Part shown: positions 13,040-27,074 of the stretch, one piece after another
Position numbering within the stretch: the stretch's first letter is position 1
Layout: each line of letters begins with the position of its first letter
From: Nemertoderma westbladi
Taxonomy: Eukaryota; Animalia; Xenacoelomorpha
DNA length: 64,000 nucleotides
Assembly (NCBI GenBank): GCA_032718475.1
Contig: JAUCBJ010008699.1
Location: 1 to 64,000 of the forward strand
Direction of reading: 5' to 3'
The notes under the pieces: model-generated
What the model saw: the letters and a program-made list of their open reading frames with translations, nothing else
The model's database searches: none
Told to the model about the DNA's origin: nothing
Position numbers and translations under genes: made by a program

Positions 13040-13705
13040 TTCAAGAGCACCGAATGCAGACTGGACAGACTGATGAGGTTCTGATTAAGGACATGGGGGG
13101 CGGTTGACGACTCGCCCTCGCGTCAGCAGACCTGGGATCATGGATCCGGAAGTCAGGTGAGGACCTTCGAATACGTAAGGGAAAGGCATGGGCAGCCTTG
13201 AATAGGCTTTCCAGGATTTGGAAGTCACCGAGAATTAATCGGAAACTTAAGGTCCGATTATTAGAGCAGCAGTAGTTCCAGTACTCCTCTATCAGACTAT
13301 GGGAGTCCATGCTGGGCTCTAACTGCTGCGAGGACACCAAATCTCAGGATGGCACATTCACAAGAATGCTACGCCGGGTTCATTGTGTCAAGTACAATGC
13401 ACACATCTCCATTCAGACACTATATAACATTGGAGGTGTCTCATTGGTTCCCCAAAGCTTTGACACTAGAACAAAATCGCCTCCGCTTTGCATGACATTG
13501 CTTTCGCCGTGAGGAAAGGCCAGTGCATAATCTTGTACTTTGGCAGCCTCATGGAGTGAATAAGCATGGTGGACAGCCCATGACTTTCTTGAGACGCATC
13601 TTAAAGGACACTGGCCTTGAAGATGCGGATGATCTAGCAAATGTCATGGGTGATAGGGAGTTGTGGCGGCGCAATTTTGTCGACAAGCCGGCACAGCATT
13701 CTTAA
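13040..13705 (+). mobile_element. RTE-like LINE 3' fragment (RT thumb/C-terminal region)
   Basis: Translates to LGSWIRKSGEDLRIRKGKAWAALNRLSRIWKS...KLKVRL and MGDRELWRRNFV; same family as 7446-7900. Confidence 0.75.
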
Positions 13706-14454
13706 AAATAATATATTAATAATATATTATAACGTAATATATTCTAAAGTTCTAAGCAGCTTAAGTCTGTACGTCAGAAAGTAGCTGACAGAAACTGAAA
13801 CTCAGAAAGGAAGGAACAGTGATCAGTCGGGGAGAAGTTATATTGTCGAGTGAGTTGAAATTTCAACTTTATTTTTTTAAATTCAACTTTTTCTGTTTTT
13901 ATTAAAATTGCACTTTTTTTTAATTCAAATTTTGGAGTAGGTTTGGAAGTACTGAAATATGGAGTTGGAATCCATTACTCAGTTACAGGTATTCCATTGT
14001 ATAGGCCTAATAATTATCACATCACATACATTGGTAATTTAATACGTCTAACAGTCTAATAAATTCCCTTAGTATTTCAGCTAATTTCAAAATATAATCA
14101 CTTACCGGTACCGGTAAAATTTTTAAAATAAAAGTAATCCCGACGGTGAAATTTTTTGTTCCATCGGTACCGGTAATCTGGTAATGAGTGTTAATTTTTC
14201 GAGTAACATCAGAACATCGATAAAAACAATAAAAACACGCTTGGGGGGCCTTCTGGCTCTGAGCCTCATGCATGCCATTTTAGAGTTGAATTTACAACTT
14301 AATAGGCCCCAGTCAGCCAGTCTGCTAGTTTAATTTCTGAATTAAAAAAAAAGTTTTAAATTTTAACTCAGTTGAAATTTGAACTTCTCCCCGACTGCCG
14401 ATAGGCTGATACATGTGATAGGTACGGTAAGGTACTCGGTTAGATAATATCATA

Positions 14455-15172
14455 ATGGATAGGCCTATAGATGATCTCGGGACAGATGGTTCACCGCGGG
14501 CACAAAGTCCGCCACTGCCACAAATGCCGGAGAGCAGCCCCGTCGTCCCGGCTACGGGAAACAGCCGCGGCGGGGCGCAGCTCATGGACATATCCATGGA
14601 GACCAGTTCGCCGCTAAAGTACGGCACACCGAGCTCTCGGGGCACACCCCGGCAGACACCGGCCCGGGCGCGGGCCGACCTCGTCACACCGGGTGTCCGA
14701 AGGGAAGTTCGTGTCGGACATCCGGGCGACTTGACGTCGGACATCCTGGAACCGACATCGCGAGTCGGTCGCAGTGAGTTTGACATAACAACCGACTCGG
14801 TAGATCCCACAGGACCTCGACTCGTTATCTGGGGCACCAACGTTGTCATTTCCGAGACAAAGGCTAAGTTTATCGCCTTCCTGGAGAACTTCAACGACCG
14901 CTCAGCTAACCTCTCTATCGACGGGTTCGACCCCTCCCAACCTCTCTATCTTCAACTTCTCCACGATATCTCGCAGTCCGTCAACCCCTTCCTCAATGTC
15001 GACTGTTCCCATATCCGAGAGGTGGACCCGAACCTGTACATACAGACCAAGTGCTACCCCCAGGAAGTTATCCCAACCTTCGATATGGCCGTTAACGAGG
15101 TCTTTGAGAAGAGATGGCCCGGTGTTCAGCTGCCCCATCAGATTCAAGTTCGAACCTTCAACGTCGCTGGAG
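14455..15172 (+). CDS. MCM4: MCM4 coding exon 1 (S/T-P-rich N-terminal tail and MCM N domain)
   Basis: SSPLKYGTPSSR, RLVIWGTNV and CYPQEVIPTFDMAVNE motifs typical of MCM4; donor G|GTAAAA at 15173, phase 1. Confidence 0.93.
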
Positions 15173-15578
15173 GTAAAACCTTATACTACCACACTACAGT
15201 ACTACCGGTAGCCCTTCTATGTTCTACTTTAATTTATATTTTTTTTACATATTATGTTGATTTATGTTATGTGTTTATTTTTTTAAGTTTGATGCTTGAT
15301 ACATCCCCTAAAGGCTAAATCCGTTTGTCCTTTTCCCTCTAGTATTGTGGAGTGAACCCTAATAACCAATAATAAACTAATGCGAGAAAGCGTCGTTTTA
15401 GATTTCTCAGCATTACGTGTATTATTGACGTGTTCTGATGATGTGAATTTGCGTTGAGCATTTAATCTGGATGAGAATGGATATAAATGTTTGCATTTTT
15501 CAAATGTTCACAATCTGGAACGAAAATCCAAGGGTGAGTTTTTTATTTCTGAATGGACTCGCGACGATTTATCTTTAG

Positions 15579-15943
15579 GTAAGAACATGCGGATGCTGAA
15601 CCCAGAGGATATTGATACGCTGATTACCATCTCGGGCATGGTGATCAGGACGTCTACCCTGATACCCGAGATGCGGCAGGCCTTCTTCCACTGCGCCGTG
15701 TGCGGCAAGGAGACCTCGGTAGACATCGACAGGGGTCTCATTAACGAGCCCACCATGTGCCCCAACTGCAGCACCAACCACAGCTTCGTGTTGGTTCACA
15801 ACCGCTCGCTCTTCTCCGACAAGCAGATCGTTAAGTTGCAGGAGTCCCCCGACGATATGCCCCCGGGACAGACCCCGCACACGGTGTTGCTAACGGCTCA
15901 CAACGACCTGGTAGACGCTGTTCACCCAGGGGACCGCATACAG
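15579..15943 (+). CDS. MCM4: MCM4 coding exon 2 (OB fold and zinc finger)
   Basis: Acceptor ctttAG at 15577-15578; [16 protein letters not shown]...CPNC and [18 protein letters not shown]; donor CAG|GTTAGG. Confidence 0.95.
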
Positions 15944-16097
15944 GTTAGGGGATGAGTTTAGTCGCTCGTTAATTAAATGAAACTGTATTAATTATATCGT
16001 CGCTCAAGTACCGGTACCGAAAGGCCTTTAACTCAATTTTTATCATTTTGCAGGTGAAGCAAAAAACAAAACAAAAAAAGTTTTTTTTATGTAATAA

Positions 16098-16250
16098 TAA
16101 CTATTTACATACTTGTGTGTAAAGTGGCACTTTACATTGTGATGATCCGAGTGGCTTTGTTACACGAACGAACGTTAGTGAGTGAGTGAAAATAAAGCCA
16201 CGAGGATCAGAACACTGTAAAGTACTTTGCAACAAGTATGTATGTAGTTT
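16098..16250. repeat. ~150-bp imperfect palindrome (long hairpin)
   Basis: Nested inverted pairs TACATACTTG/CAAGTATGTA, ACTTTACA/TGTAAAGT, GATCC/GGATC and GTGGCTTT/AAAGCCAC around a central ACGAACGAACGTTAGTGAGTGAGT. Confidence 0.75.
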
Positions 16251-16924
16251 TATTCAAAAATTTTAACATTACGAAATGATTGTACATATACATATACATT
16301 ATAAGTGATAGAAACTGCACAAATTATATTAGTTGCTGTATAAATAAATGTAAAAATGACATAAATTATGTTATAAATAAGTTAGCTTATATTTATGGTG
16401 GCGTTTGGAGCCGTGTTATAATAATATAGCTAAGCCCTACTGGTTATCAATAGCTATACCCCGCCTACCGGTAGGTATTACAGTATGCCTATCTGGCTGT
16501 GAGGCAAATTTCCACCTATTGTTTACGTTGACGCTACTTATTTTTAAGTTCGTAGATATCGGAGATGCGGCCTTTTTTACACATTAAAATTTATTGACGT
16601 GGATTTGCAGTTTGGCTTTTGATTTAGTAGCGTAATGGAATTGGAATTGGGGCTATTTGTATTTTGTATGTATAGAGTACAGAAATACATTATTGTGAGT
16701 AGATTATATGTTCATTGTTCAACTGATAATTGAACATGGTTGACGTTTCTAATGTCATGGTGATTGGATGTTGTACGTTAAAGAAAGGATATATTGGACA
16801 GCTGTTTAAAACTGATTATTATTAGATTCGGATTATACGATTAGTTTTCGATTATCAGGATTTATCTTTTTATATAGCTTTACAATTATTATACTGTACA
16901 TTAGATTTATTAGGTAGTTAGTTT

Positions 16925-19900
16925 ATTAGTAGGTTTTATTTGAGTAGGTTTTACATTTACACTGGATTTATGTCCCTTATTTGAGTAGGTTGTACATTTG
17001 ATTTTTGTCCCTTATTTGAGTAGGTTGTACATTTGATTTTTGTTCCTTATTTGAGTAGGTTGTACATTGGATTTATGTCCCTTATTTTTTGTAGGTTGTA
17101 CACTGGATTTATGTCCCGTATTTGAGTAGGTTGTACATTTGATTTTTGTTCCTTATTTGAGTAGGTTGTACATTGGATTTATGTCCCTTATTTTTTGTAG
17201 GTTGTACACTGGATTTATGTCCCGTATTTGAGTAGGTTGTACATTTGATTTTTGTCCCTTATTTGAGTAGGTTGTACATTTGATTTTTGTTCCTTATTTG
17301 AGTAGGTTGTACATTGGATTTATGTCCCTTATTTGAGTAGGTTGTACATTGGATTTATGTCCCTTTATTTGAGTAGGTTGTACATTTGATTTTTGTCCCT
17401 TATTTGAGTAGGTTGTACATTGGATTTATGTCCCTTATTTGAGTAGGTTGTACATTGGATTTATGTCCCTTTATTTGAGTAGGTTTTGCATTGGATTTAT
17501 GTCCCTTTATTTGAGTAGGTTGTACATTGGATTTATGTCCCTTATTTGAGTAGGTTGTACATTGGATTTATGTCCCTTATTTGAGTAGGTTGTACATTGG
17601 ATTTATGTCCCTTATTTGAGTAGGTTGTACATTGGATTTATGTCCCTTATTTGAGTAGGTTGTACATTGGATTTATGTCCCTTTATTTGAGTAGGTTTTG
17701 CATTGGATTTATGTCCCTTTATTTGAGTAGGTTTTACATTGGATTTATGTCCCTTATTTGAGTAGGTTGTACATTGGATTTATGTCCCTTTATTTGAGTA
17801 GGTTGTACATTTGATTTTTGTCCCTTATTTGAGTAGGTTGTACATTGGATTTATGTCCCTTATTTGAGTAGGTTGTACATTGGATTTATGTCCCTTATTT
17901 GAGTAGGTTGTACATTGTATTTATGTCCCGTATTTGAGTAGGTTGTACATTTGATTTTTGTCCCTTATTTGAGTAGGTTGTACATTTGATTTTTGTCCCT
18001 TATTTGAGTAGGTTGTACATTGGATTTATGTCCCTTATTTGAGTAGGTTGTACATTGGATTTATGTCCCTTTATTTGAGTAGGTTTTGCATTGGATTTAT
18101 GTCCCTTTATTTGAGTAGGTTGTACATTGGATTTATATCCCTTATTTGAGTAGGTTGTACATTGGATTTATGTCCCTTATTTGAGTAGGTTGTACATTGT
18201 ATTTATGTCCCGTATTTGAGTAGGTTGTACATTGGATTTATGTCCCTTATTTGAGTAGGTTGTACATTGGATTTATGTCCCTTATTTGAGTAGGTTGTAC
18301 ATTCGATTTATATCCCTTATTTGAGTAGGTTGTACATTGGATTTATGTCCCTTATTTGAGTAGGTTGTACATTGTATTTATGTCCCGTATTTGAGTAGGT
18401 TGTACATTTGATTTTTGTTCCTTATTTGAGTAGGTTGTACATTTGATTTTTGTTCCTTATTTGAGTAGGTTGTACATTGGATTTATATCCCTTATTTGAG
18501 TAGGTTGTACATTGGATTTATGTCCCTTATTTGAGTAGGTTGTCCATTGGATTTATATCCCTTATTTGAGTAGGTTGTACATTGGATTTATGTCCCTTAT
18601 TTGAGTAGGTTGTACATGTACACTGGATTTATGTTCCTTATTTGAGTAGGTTGTACATTGGATTTATGTCCCGTATTTGAGTAGGTTGTACATTTGATTT
18701 TTGTTCCTTATTTGATTAGGTTGTACATTTGATTTTTGTTCCTTATTTGAGTAGGTTGTACATTGGATTTATATCCCTTATTTGAGTAGGTTGTACATTG
18801 TATTTATGTCCCGTATTTGAGTAGGTTGTACATTTGATTTTTGTTCCTTATTTGAGTAGGTTGTACATTTGATTTTTGTTCCTTATTTGAGTAGGTTGTC
18901 CATTGGATTTATATCCCTTATTTGAGTAGGTTGTACATTGGATTTATGTCCCTTATTTGAGTAGGTTGTACATTGGATTTATGTTCCTTATTTGAGTAGG
19001 TTGTACATTGGATTTATGTCTCTTATTTGAGTAGGTTGTACATAGGATTTATGTTCCTTATTTGAGTAGGTTGTATATTTGATTTTTGTTCCTTATTCGA
19101 GTAGGTTGTACATTTGATTTTTGTTCCTTATTTGAGTAGGTTGTACATTGGATTTATATCCCTTATTTGAGTAGGTTATACATTTGATTTATGTCCCTTA
19201 TTTGAGTAGGTTGTACATTGTATTTATGTCCCGTATTTGAGTAGGTTGTACATTTGATTTTTGTTCCTTATTTGAGTAGGTTGTACATTTGATTTTTGTT
19301 CCTTATTTGAGTAGGTTGTACATTGGATTTATGTCCCTTATTTTTTGTAGGTTGTACACTGGATTTATGTCCCGTATTTGAGTAGGTTGTACATTTGATT
19401 TTTGTCCCTTATTTGAGTAGGTTGTACATTTGATTTTTGTTCCTTATTTGAGTAGGTTGTACATTGGATTTATGTCCCTTATTTGAGTAGGTTGTACATT
19501 GGATTTATGTCCCTTTATTTGAGTAGGTTGTACATTTGATTTTTGTCCCTTATTTGAGTAGGTTGTACATTGGATTTATGTCCCTTATTTGAGTAGGTTG
19601 TACATTGGATTTATGTCCCTTTATTTGAGTAGGTTTTGCATTGGATTTATGTCCCTTTATTTGAGTAGGTTGTACATTGGATTTATGTCCCTTATTTGAG
19701 TAGGTTGTACATTGGATTTATGTCCCTTATTTGAGTAGGTTGTACATTGGATTTATGTCCCTTATTTGAGTAGGTTGTACATTGGATTTATGTCCCTTAT
19801 TTGAGTAGGTTGTACATTGGATTTATGTCCCTTTATTTGAGTAGGTTTTGCATTGGATTTATGTCCCTTTATTTGAGTAGGTTTTACATTGGATTTATGT

Positions 19901-22900
19901 CCCTTATTTGAGTAGGTTGTACATTGGATTTATGTCCCTTTATTTGAGTAGGTTGTACATTTGATTTTTGTCCCTTATTTGAGTAGGTTGTACATTGGAT
20001 TTATGTCCCTTATTTGAGTAGGTTGTACATTGGATTTATGTCCCTTATTTGAGTAGGTTGTACATTGTATTTATGTCCCGTATTTGAGTAGGTTGTACAT
20101 TTGATTTTTGTCCCTTATTTGAGTAGGTTGTACATTTGATTTTTGTCCCTTATTTGAGTAGGTTGTACATTGGATTTATGTCCCTTATTTGAGTAGGTTG
20201 TACATTGGATTTATGTCCCTTTATTTGAGTAGGTTTTGCATTGGATTTATGTCCCTTTATTTGAGTAGGTTGTACATTGGATTTATATCCCTTATTTGAG
20301 TAGGTTGTACATTGGATTTATGTCCCTTATTTGAGTAGGTTGTACATTGTATTTATGTCCCGTATTTGAGTAGGTTGTACATTGGATTTATGTCCCTTAT
20401 TTGAGTAGGTTGTACATTGGATTTATGTCCCTTATTTGAGTAGGTTGTACATTCGATTTATATCCCTTATTTGAGTAGGTTGTACATTGGATTTATGTCC
20501 CTTATTTGAGTAGGTTGTACATTGTATTTATGTCCCGTATTTGAGTAGGTTGTACATTTGATTTTTGTTCCTTATTTGAGTAGGTTGTACATTTGATTTT
20601 TGTTCCTTATTTGAGTAGGTTGTACATTGGATTTATATCCCTTATTTGAGTAGGTTGTACATTGGATTTATGTCCCTTATTTGAGTAGGTTGTCCATTGG
20701 ATTTATATCCCTTATTTGAGTAGGTTGTACATTGGATTTATGTCCCTTATTTGAGTAGGTTGTACATGTACACTGGATTTATGTTCCTTATTTGAGTAGG
20801 TTGTACATTGGATTTATGTCCCGTATTTGAGTAGGTTGTACATTTGATTTTTGTTCCTTATTTGATTAGGTTGTACATTTGATTTTTGTTCCTTATTTGA
20901 GTAGGTTGTACATTGGATTTATATCCCTTATTTGAGTAGGTTGTACATTGTATTTATGTCCCGTATTTGAGTAGGTTGTACATTTGATTTTTGTTCCTTA
21001 TTTGAGTAGGTTGTACATTTGATTTTTGTTCCTTATTTGAGTAGGTTGTCCATTGGATTTATATCCCTTATTTGAGTAGGTTGTACATTGGATTTATGTC
21101 CCTTATTTGAGTAGGTTGTACATTGGATTTATGTTCCTTATTTGAGTAGGTTGTACATTGGATTTATGTCTCTTATTTGAGTAGGTTGTACATAGGATTT
21201 ATGTTCCTTATTTGAGTAGGTTGTATATTTGATTTTTGTTCCTTATTCGAGTAGGTTGTACATTTGATTTTTGTTCCTTATTTGAGTAGGTTGTACATTG
21301 GATTTATATCCCTTATTTGAGTAGGTTATACATTTGATTTATGTCCCTTATTTGAGTAGGTTGTACATTGTATTTATGTCCCGTATTTGAGTAGGTTGTA
21401 CATTTGATTTTTGTTCCTTATTTGAGTAGGTTGTACATTTGATTTTTGTTCCTTATTTGAGTAGGTTGTCCATTGGATTTATATCCCTTATTTGCGTAGG
21501 TTGTACATTGGATTTATGTCCCTCATTTGAGTAGGTTGTACATGTACATTGGATTTATGTTCCTTATTTGAGTAGGTTGTACATTGGATTTATGTCCCGT
21601 ATTTGAGTAGGTTGTACATTTGATTTTTGTTCCTTATTTGAGTAGGTTGTACATTTGATTTTTGTTCCTTATTTGAGTAGGTTGTACATTGGATTTATAT
21701 CCCTTATTTGAGTAGGTTGTACATTGGATTTATGTCCCTTATTTGAGTAGGTTGTACATTGGATTTATGTTCCTTATTTGAGAAGGTTGTACTTTGGATT
21801 TATGTCCCGTATTTGAGTAGGTTGTACATTTGATTTTTGTTCCTTATTTGAGTAGGTTGTACATTGGATTTATATCCCTTATTTGAGTAGGTTGTACATT
21901 GGATTTATGTCCCTTATTTGAGTAGGTTGTACATTGGATTTATGTCCCTTATTTGAGTAGGTTGTACATTGGATTTATGTCCCTTATTTGAGTAGGTTGT
22001 ACATTGGATTTATGTCCCTTATTTGAGTAGGTTGTACATTGGATTTATGTCCTTTATTTGAGTAGGTTTTGCATTGGATTCATGTCCCTTATTTGGATTT
22101 ATGTTCCTTATTTGAGTAGGTTGTACATTGGATTTATGTCCCTTATTTGAGTAGGTTGTACGTTGGATTTGTCCCTTATTTGAGGAGGTTGTACATTGGA
22201 TTTATGTCCCTTATTTGAGTAGGTTGTACATTGGATTTATGTCCCTTATTTGAGTAGGTTGTACATTGGATTTATGTCCCTTATTTGAGTAGGTTGTACA
22301 TTGGATTTATGTCCCTTATTTGAGTAGGTTGTACATTGGATTTTTTTGTCCTTTATTTGAGTGAGGTTGTACATTGGATTTATGTCCCTTATTTGAGTAG
22401 GTTTTGCATTGGATTTATGTCCCTTATTTGGATTTATGTTCCTTATTTGAGTAGGTTGTACATTGGATTTATGTCCCTTATTTGAGTAGGTTGTACGTTG
22501 GATTTGTCCCTTATTTGAGGAGGTTGTACATTGGATTTATGTCCCTTATTTGAGAGGTTGTACATTGGATTTATGTCCCTTATTTGAGTAGGTTTTGCAT
22601 TGGATTTATGTCCCTTATTTGAGTAGGTTGTACATTGGATTTATGTCCCTTATTTGAGTAGGTTGTACATTGTATTTATGTCCCTTATTTGAGTAGGTTG
22701 TACATTGGATTTATGTCCCTTATTTGAGTAGGTTGTACATTGGATTTATGTCCCTTATTTGAGTAGGTTGTACATTGGATTTATGTCCCTTATTTGAGTA
22801 GGTTGTACATTGGATTTATGTCCCTTATTTGACTAGGTTGTACATTGGATTTATGTCCCTTATTTGAGTAGGTTGTACATTGGATTTATGTCCCTTATTT

Positions 22901-24690
22901 GAGTAGGTTGTACGGTACATTGGTGTCCCTTATTTGAATAGGTTGTACATTGGATTTATGTCCCTTATTTGAGTAGGTTGTACATTGGATTTATGTCCCT
23001 TATTTGAGTAGGTTGTTGTACATTGGATTTATTTACCTTATGTGAGTAGGTTGTACATTGGATTTATGTCCCTTATTTGAGTAGGTTGTATATTGGATTT
23101 ATGTCCCTTATTTGAGTAGGTTTTGCATTGGATTTATGTCCCTTATTTGAGTAGGTTTGGCATTGGATTTTTGTCCCTTATTTGAGTAGGTTTTGCATTA
23201 GATTTATGTCCCTTTATTTGAGTAGGTTGTACATTGGATTTATGTCCCTTGTATTTGAGTAGGTTGTACATTGGATTTATGTTCCTTATTTAAGTAGGTT
23301 TTGCATTGGATTTATGTCCCTTTATTTGAGTAGGTTGTACATTGGATTTATGTCCCTTATTTGAGTAGCTTGTACATTGGATTTATGTCCCTTATTTGAG
23401 TAGGTTTTGCATTGGTTGGATTTATGTCCCTTATTTGAATAGGTTTTACATTGGATTTGTCCCTTATTTGAGTAGGTTTTGCATTGGATTTATGTCCCTT
23501 TATTTGAGAAGGTTCTACATTGGATTTATGCCCCTAACTTGAAAGTAGGTTTTGCATTGGATTTATGTCCCTTTGTTTGAGTAGGTTGTACATTGGATTT
23601 ATGTCCCTTATTTGAGTAGGTTGTACATTGAATTTATGTCCCTTATTTGAGTAGGTTGTACATTGGATTTATGTTCCTTATTTGAGTAGGTTGTACATTG
23701 AATTTATGTCCTTTATTTGAGTAGGTTGTACATTGGATTTTTGTCCCTTATTTGTGTAGCTTGTACATTGGATTTATGACCCTTATTTGAGTAGGTTGTA
23801 CATTGGATTTTTGTCCCTTATTTGAGTAGGTTTTGCATTGGATTTATGTCCCTTTATTTGAGTAGGTTGTACATTGAATTTATGTCCCTTATTTGTGTAG
23901 GTTGTGCATTGGATTTATGTCCTTTATTTCAGTAGGTTGTATATTGGATTTATGTCCCTTATTTGAGTACGTTGTACTGTACATTGAATTTATGTCCCTT
24001 ATTTGAGTAGGTTGTACACATTGAATTTATGTCCCTTATTTGAGTAGGTTTTACATTGCATTTATGTCCCTTATTTGAGTAGGTTGTACTTTGAATTTAT
24101 GTCCCTTATTTGAGTAGGTTGTACATTGAATTTATGTCCCTTATTTGAGTAGGTTGTACATTGGATTTATGTCCATTATTTGAGTAGGTTGTACATTGGA
24201 TTTATGTCCCTTATTTGAGTAGGTTGTACATTGGATTTTTGTCCCTTATTTGTGTAGCTTGTACATTGGATTTATGATATGACCCTTATTTGAGTAGGTT
24301 GTACATTGCATTTTTGTCCCTTATTTGAGTAGCCTAGGTTGTACATTGGATTTATATCCTTTATTTGAGTAGGTTGTACATTGTATTTATGTCCCTTATT
24401 TGAGTAGGTTGTACATTGGATTTTTGTCACTTATTTGAGTAAGTTGTACATTGGATTTATGTCCCTTATTTGAGTAGGTTGTACATTCGATTTTTGTCCC
24501 TTATTTGAGTAGCCTAGGTTGTACATTGGATTTATATCCTTTATTTGAGTAGGTTGTACTGTACATTGTATTTATGTCCCTTATTTGACTAGCTTGTACA
24601 TTGTGATTGGATTTATGTCCCTTATTTGAGTAGGTTGTACATGTACATTGGATTTTTGTCCCTTATTTGAATAGGGTGTACATTGGATTT
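16925..24690. repeat. Intronic satellite, 35-bp unit TTGAGTAGGTTGTACATTGGATTTATGTCCCTTAT, ~220 copies
   Basis: Directly visible head-to-tail repeats with variant subtypes and no unique spacers; fills most of MCM4 intron 2. Confidence 0.98.
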
Positions 24691-25078
24691 AGATCTCAAC
24701 AACCATATCTCTAATTTGATTGGCTGAAACATTTCAAGTATACCACCACTGGATAGAACATGTCGATTAAGTGCAGTTGGTAGTAGATGTGAAAATCGTC
24801 AAAAATGGATTTAGTTATTTTTTATTTTAGAGATAGCAACCTACTGGTGCAAAAGTTAATAAAATAACATTTTATTGAATTGGCCTCCAGAAGTTACCCA
24901 ATTTAGTTTTTACTTCTATATATTAATTAACTGTATTATTAAGTAGTGTTTTTGTTTTTTTAATATATTTTAATATTACTTTTTGTACTGTTAATTACTT
25001 AGTTACATCGACTATCAGCATCTTATTAGCTAATTTATATTATTAACTTGTTTTTATATTGTGCTTTACTGTTACCAG

Positions 25079-25968
25079 GTAACCGGTATCTACCGCGCCA
25101 GCCCGTTGCGCCCAAACCCCCGACAACGCAACGTAAAGGCGGTCTACCGGACGCACATCGACGTCATCCATTACCGACCACCCTCGGTCGGCACGGACGG
25201 CCCTCCTCGCTTCGCTCCCGAACGCGTCGCCTTCCTCCGCGAGCTGTCCGGTCGTCCGGACGTCTACGAACGTCTGGCTCGCGGCCTCGCCCCCTCCGTC
25301 TACGAACACGACGACATCAAGAAGGGGATCCTGCTGCAGCTGTTCGGTGGACGTCGGAAGGACTTCAGTGCGTCTGGAAGGAGCAACTTCCGCGCGGAGA
25401 TCAACGTGTTGCTGTGCGGAGATCCCGGGACCTCCAAGTCGCAGTTGCTGCAGTATGTGCACCGACTAGCGCCGCGGGGGCAATACACCTCGGGGAAGGG
25501 CAGCAGCGCGGTTGGACTCACAGCCTATGTTACCAAGGACCCGGAGAGTCGCCAACTGGTGCTGCAGACAGGCGCCTTAGTGCTCAGTGATAACGGGGTC
25601 TGCTGCATTGACGAGTTCGACAAGATGTCCGAGTCGACGCGCTCTGTGCTGCACGAGGTTATGGAGCAGCAGACATTGTCCATCGCCAAGGCGGGGATTA
25701 TTTGTCAGCTGAACGCGAGAACCTCGGTGCTCGCCGCCGCCAACCCCGTCGACTCCCAGTGGAACGCGAAGAAGACGGTGGTTGAGAACGTCCAGCTGCC
25801 GCACACGCTGCTATCCCGGTTCGATCTGATATTCCTGATGCTGGACCCCCAAGATGAGTTGTTCGACCGACGGCTCGCCAACCATTTGGTTTCGCTTTAC
25901 CATCAGGGAGGCGCTGCGGAGGAGCCGGAGGAGTTCCTTCCTGTCGAAGTCGTCAAGGATTACCTCGG
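25079..25968 (+). CDS. MCM4: MCM4 coding exon 3 (AAA+ MCM box)
   Basis: Acceptor taccAG; Walker [10 protein letters not shown] (MCM4-type), Walker [10 protein letters not shown] and arginine finger SRFD; donor GG|GTGAGT, phase 2. Confidence 0.97.
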
Positions 25969-26036
25969 GTGAGTAGCTCTGATGTTGAGTTAAGTTTGTG
26001 TTGTGTTTCGTAGAATTTCGAGAAGTGGTTCAGGTT

Positions 26037-26155
26037 GTGAGGCGGTTAGACAGTCACTCTTCCAACCGGACGGTCGTGAGTTCGATCCCGAGAAACTGAA
26101 CAGCCCATTTTTTAGCTGTTAATAATTCTAAATGACAAGAGCTTTTAGCCCAGTC
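26037..26155 (+). mobile_element. tRNA-derived SINE-like insertion in MCM4 intron 3
   Basis: GGCGGTTAGA...CTTCCAA...GAGTTCGATCCC; absent from the duplicated intron copy at ~57465. Confidence 0.55.
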
Positions 26156-27074
26156 AGCTGTAATGGGAACTATTACTATTGGGATTATTGAACCTTGGGA
26201 GTTAATGTGGCGCCCTTCAATGAAGTTTTAAGTTTTTTATTTACGCCAAGATTAAGAAGTATTCGATAGCAACGATAAAAATTTACAATAAAATATATAA
26301 CACAATAATTATTAAGTAATTTAAACAATAATTATGCGTGTTAAAACACGATTATTAAAATATCACAAGTTATAATCTTCCTCAGTAAATTTTGATAGGT
26401 TAGATAATTCATGGCCTCATGAGGCCAAACCTCGTTTCCATGAAAGTCCCATGGAATGTCTAAAAACAAATTGCACAATAATAAATACCAGTAACATATT
26501 TAAAAAAATAATGATTTTACTAAAACATCTGAAACGACTATTTAAAAATATGTATTAAGATGGCAAAATTAGAACTGAACTAAAATATTAAGGAAACATT
26601 TACACCAATGTGCACCAATTAGTCCAATAACTTACAGGTAACATCCAAGAGATATTAGAGCTTCGGGAGTAGTAGGTGTTTGGGCGGCTTGGTGACACTT
26701 AGACCCCACTCATGACCCATCACTTAGGAATGTGACACCTAGGGTGTCATTGGCGCCAGACTGTCTGTGTCTGGGTGACACCTCCCAATTAGGCTAATTA
26801 GACCCTAATTGACGGGTGTTATCAATTAATTAGTACATTTAATCCCTAATAGATTTCTTATGACTCCAAATTAGGGTTTAATTGATTATCCTAATTAATC
26901 AGACCGATTAGCGCCCTAACACCCAATGGATCATGAGTGATGTCTAACCATCACCTAGAGGCCCAAACGGGTGTCATAAGTGACACCTCTGCTCTTTTAT
27001 TTATTGGTACTTATTTATTTGTATTTAATTTTAATTTATTTAATTGTATTGCTTTTACTTTATTTAATTGATTT

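Noticed and set aside
16925-24690. CRISPR-like array (35-bp repeats)
   Set aside because: Units are contiguous with no unique spacers, there are no cas genes, and the context is a eukaryotic intron.
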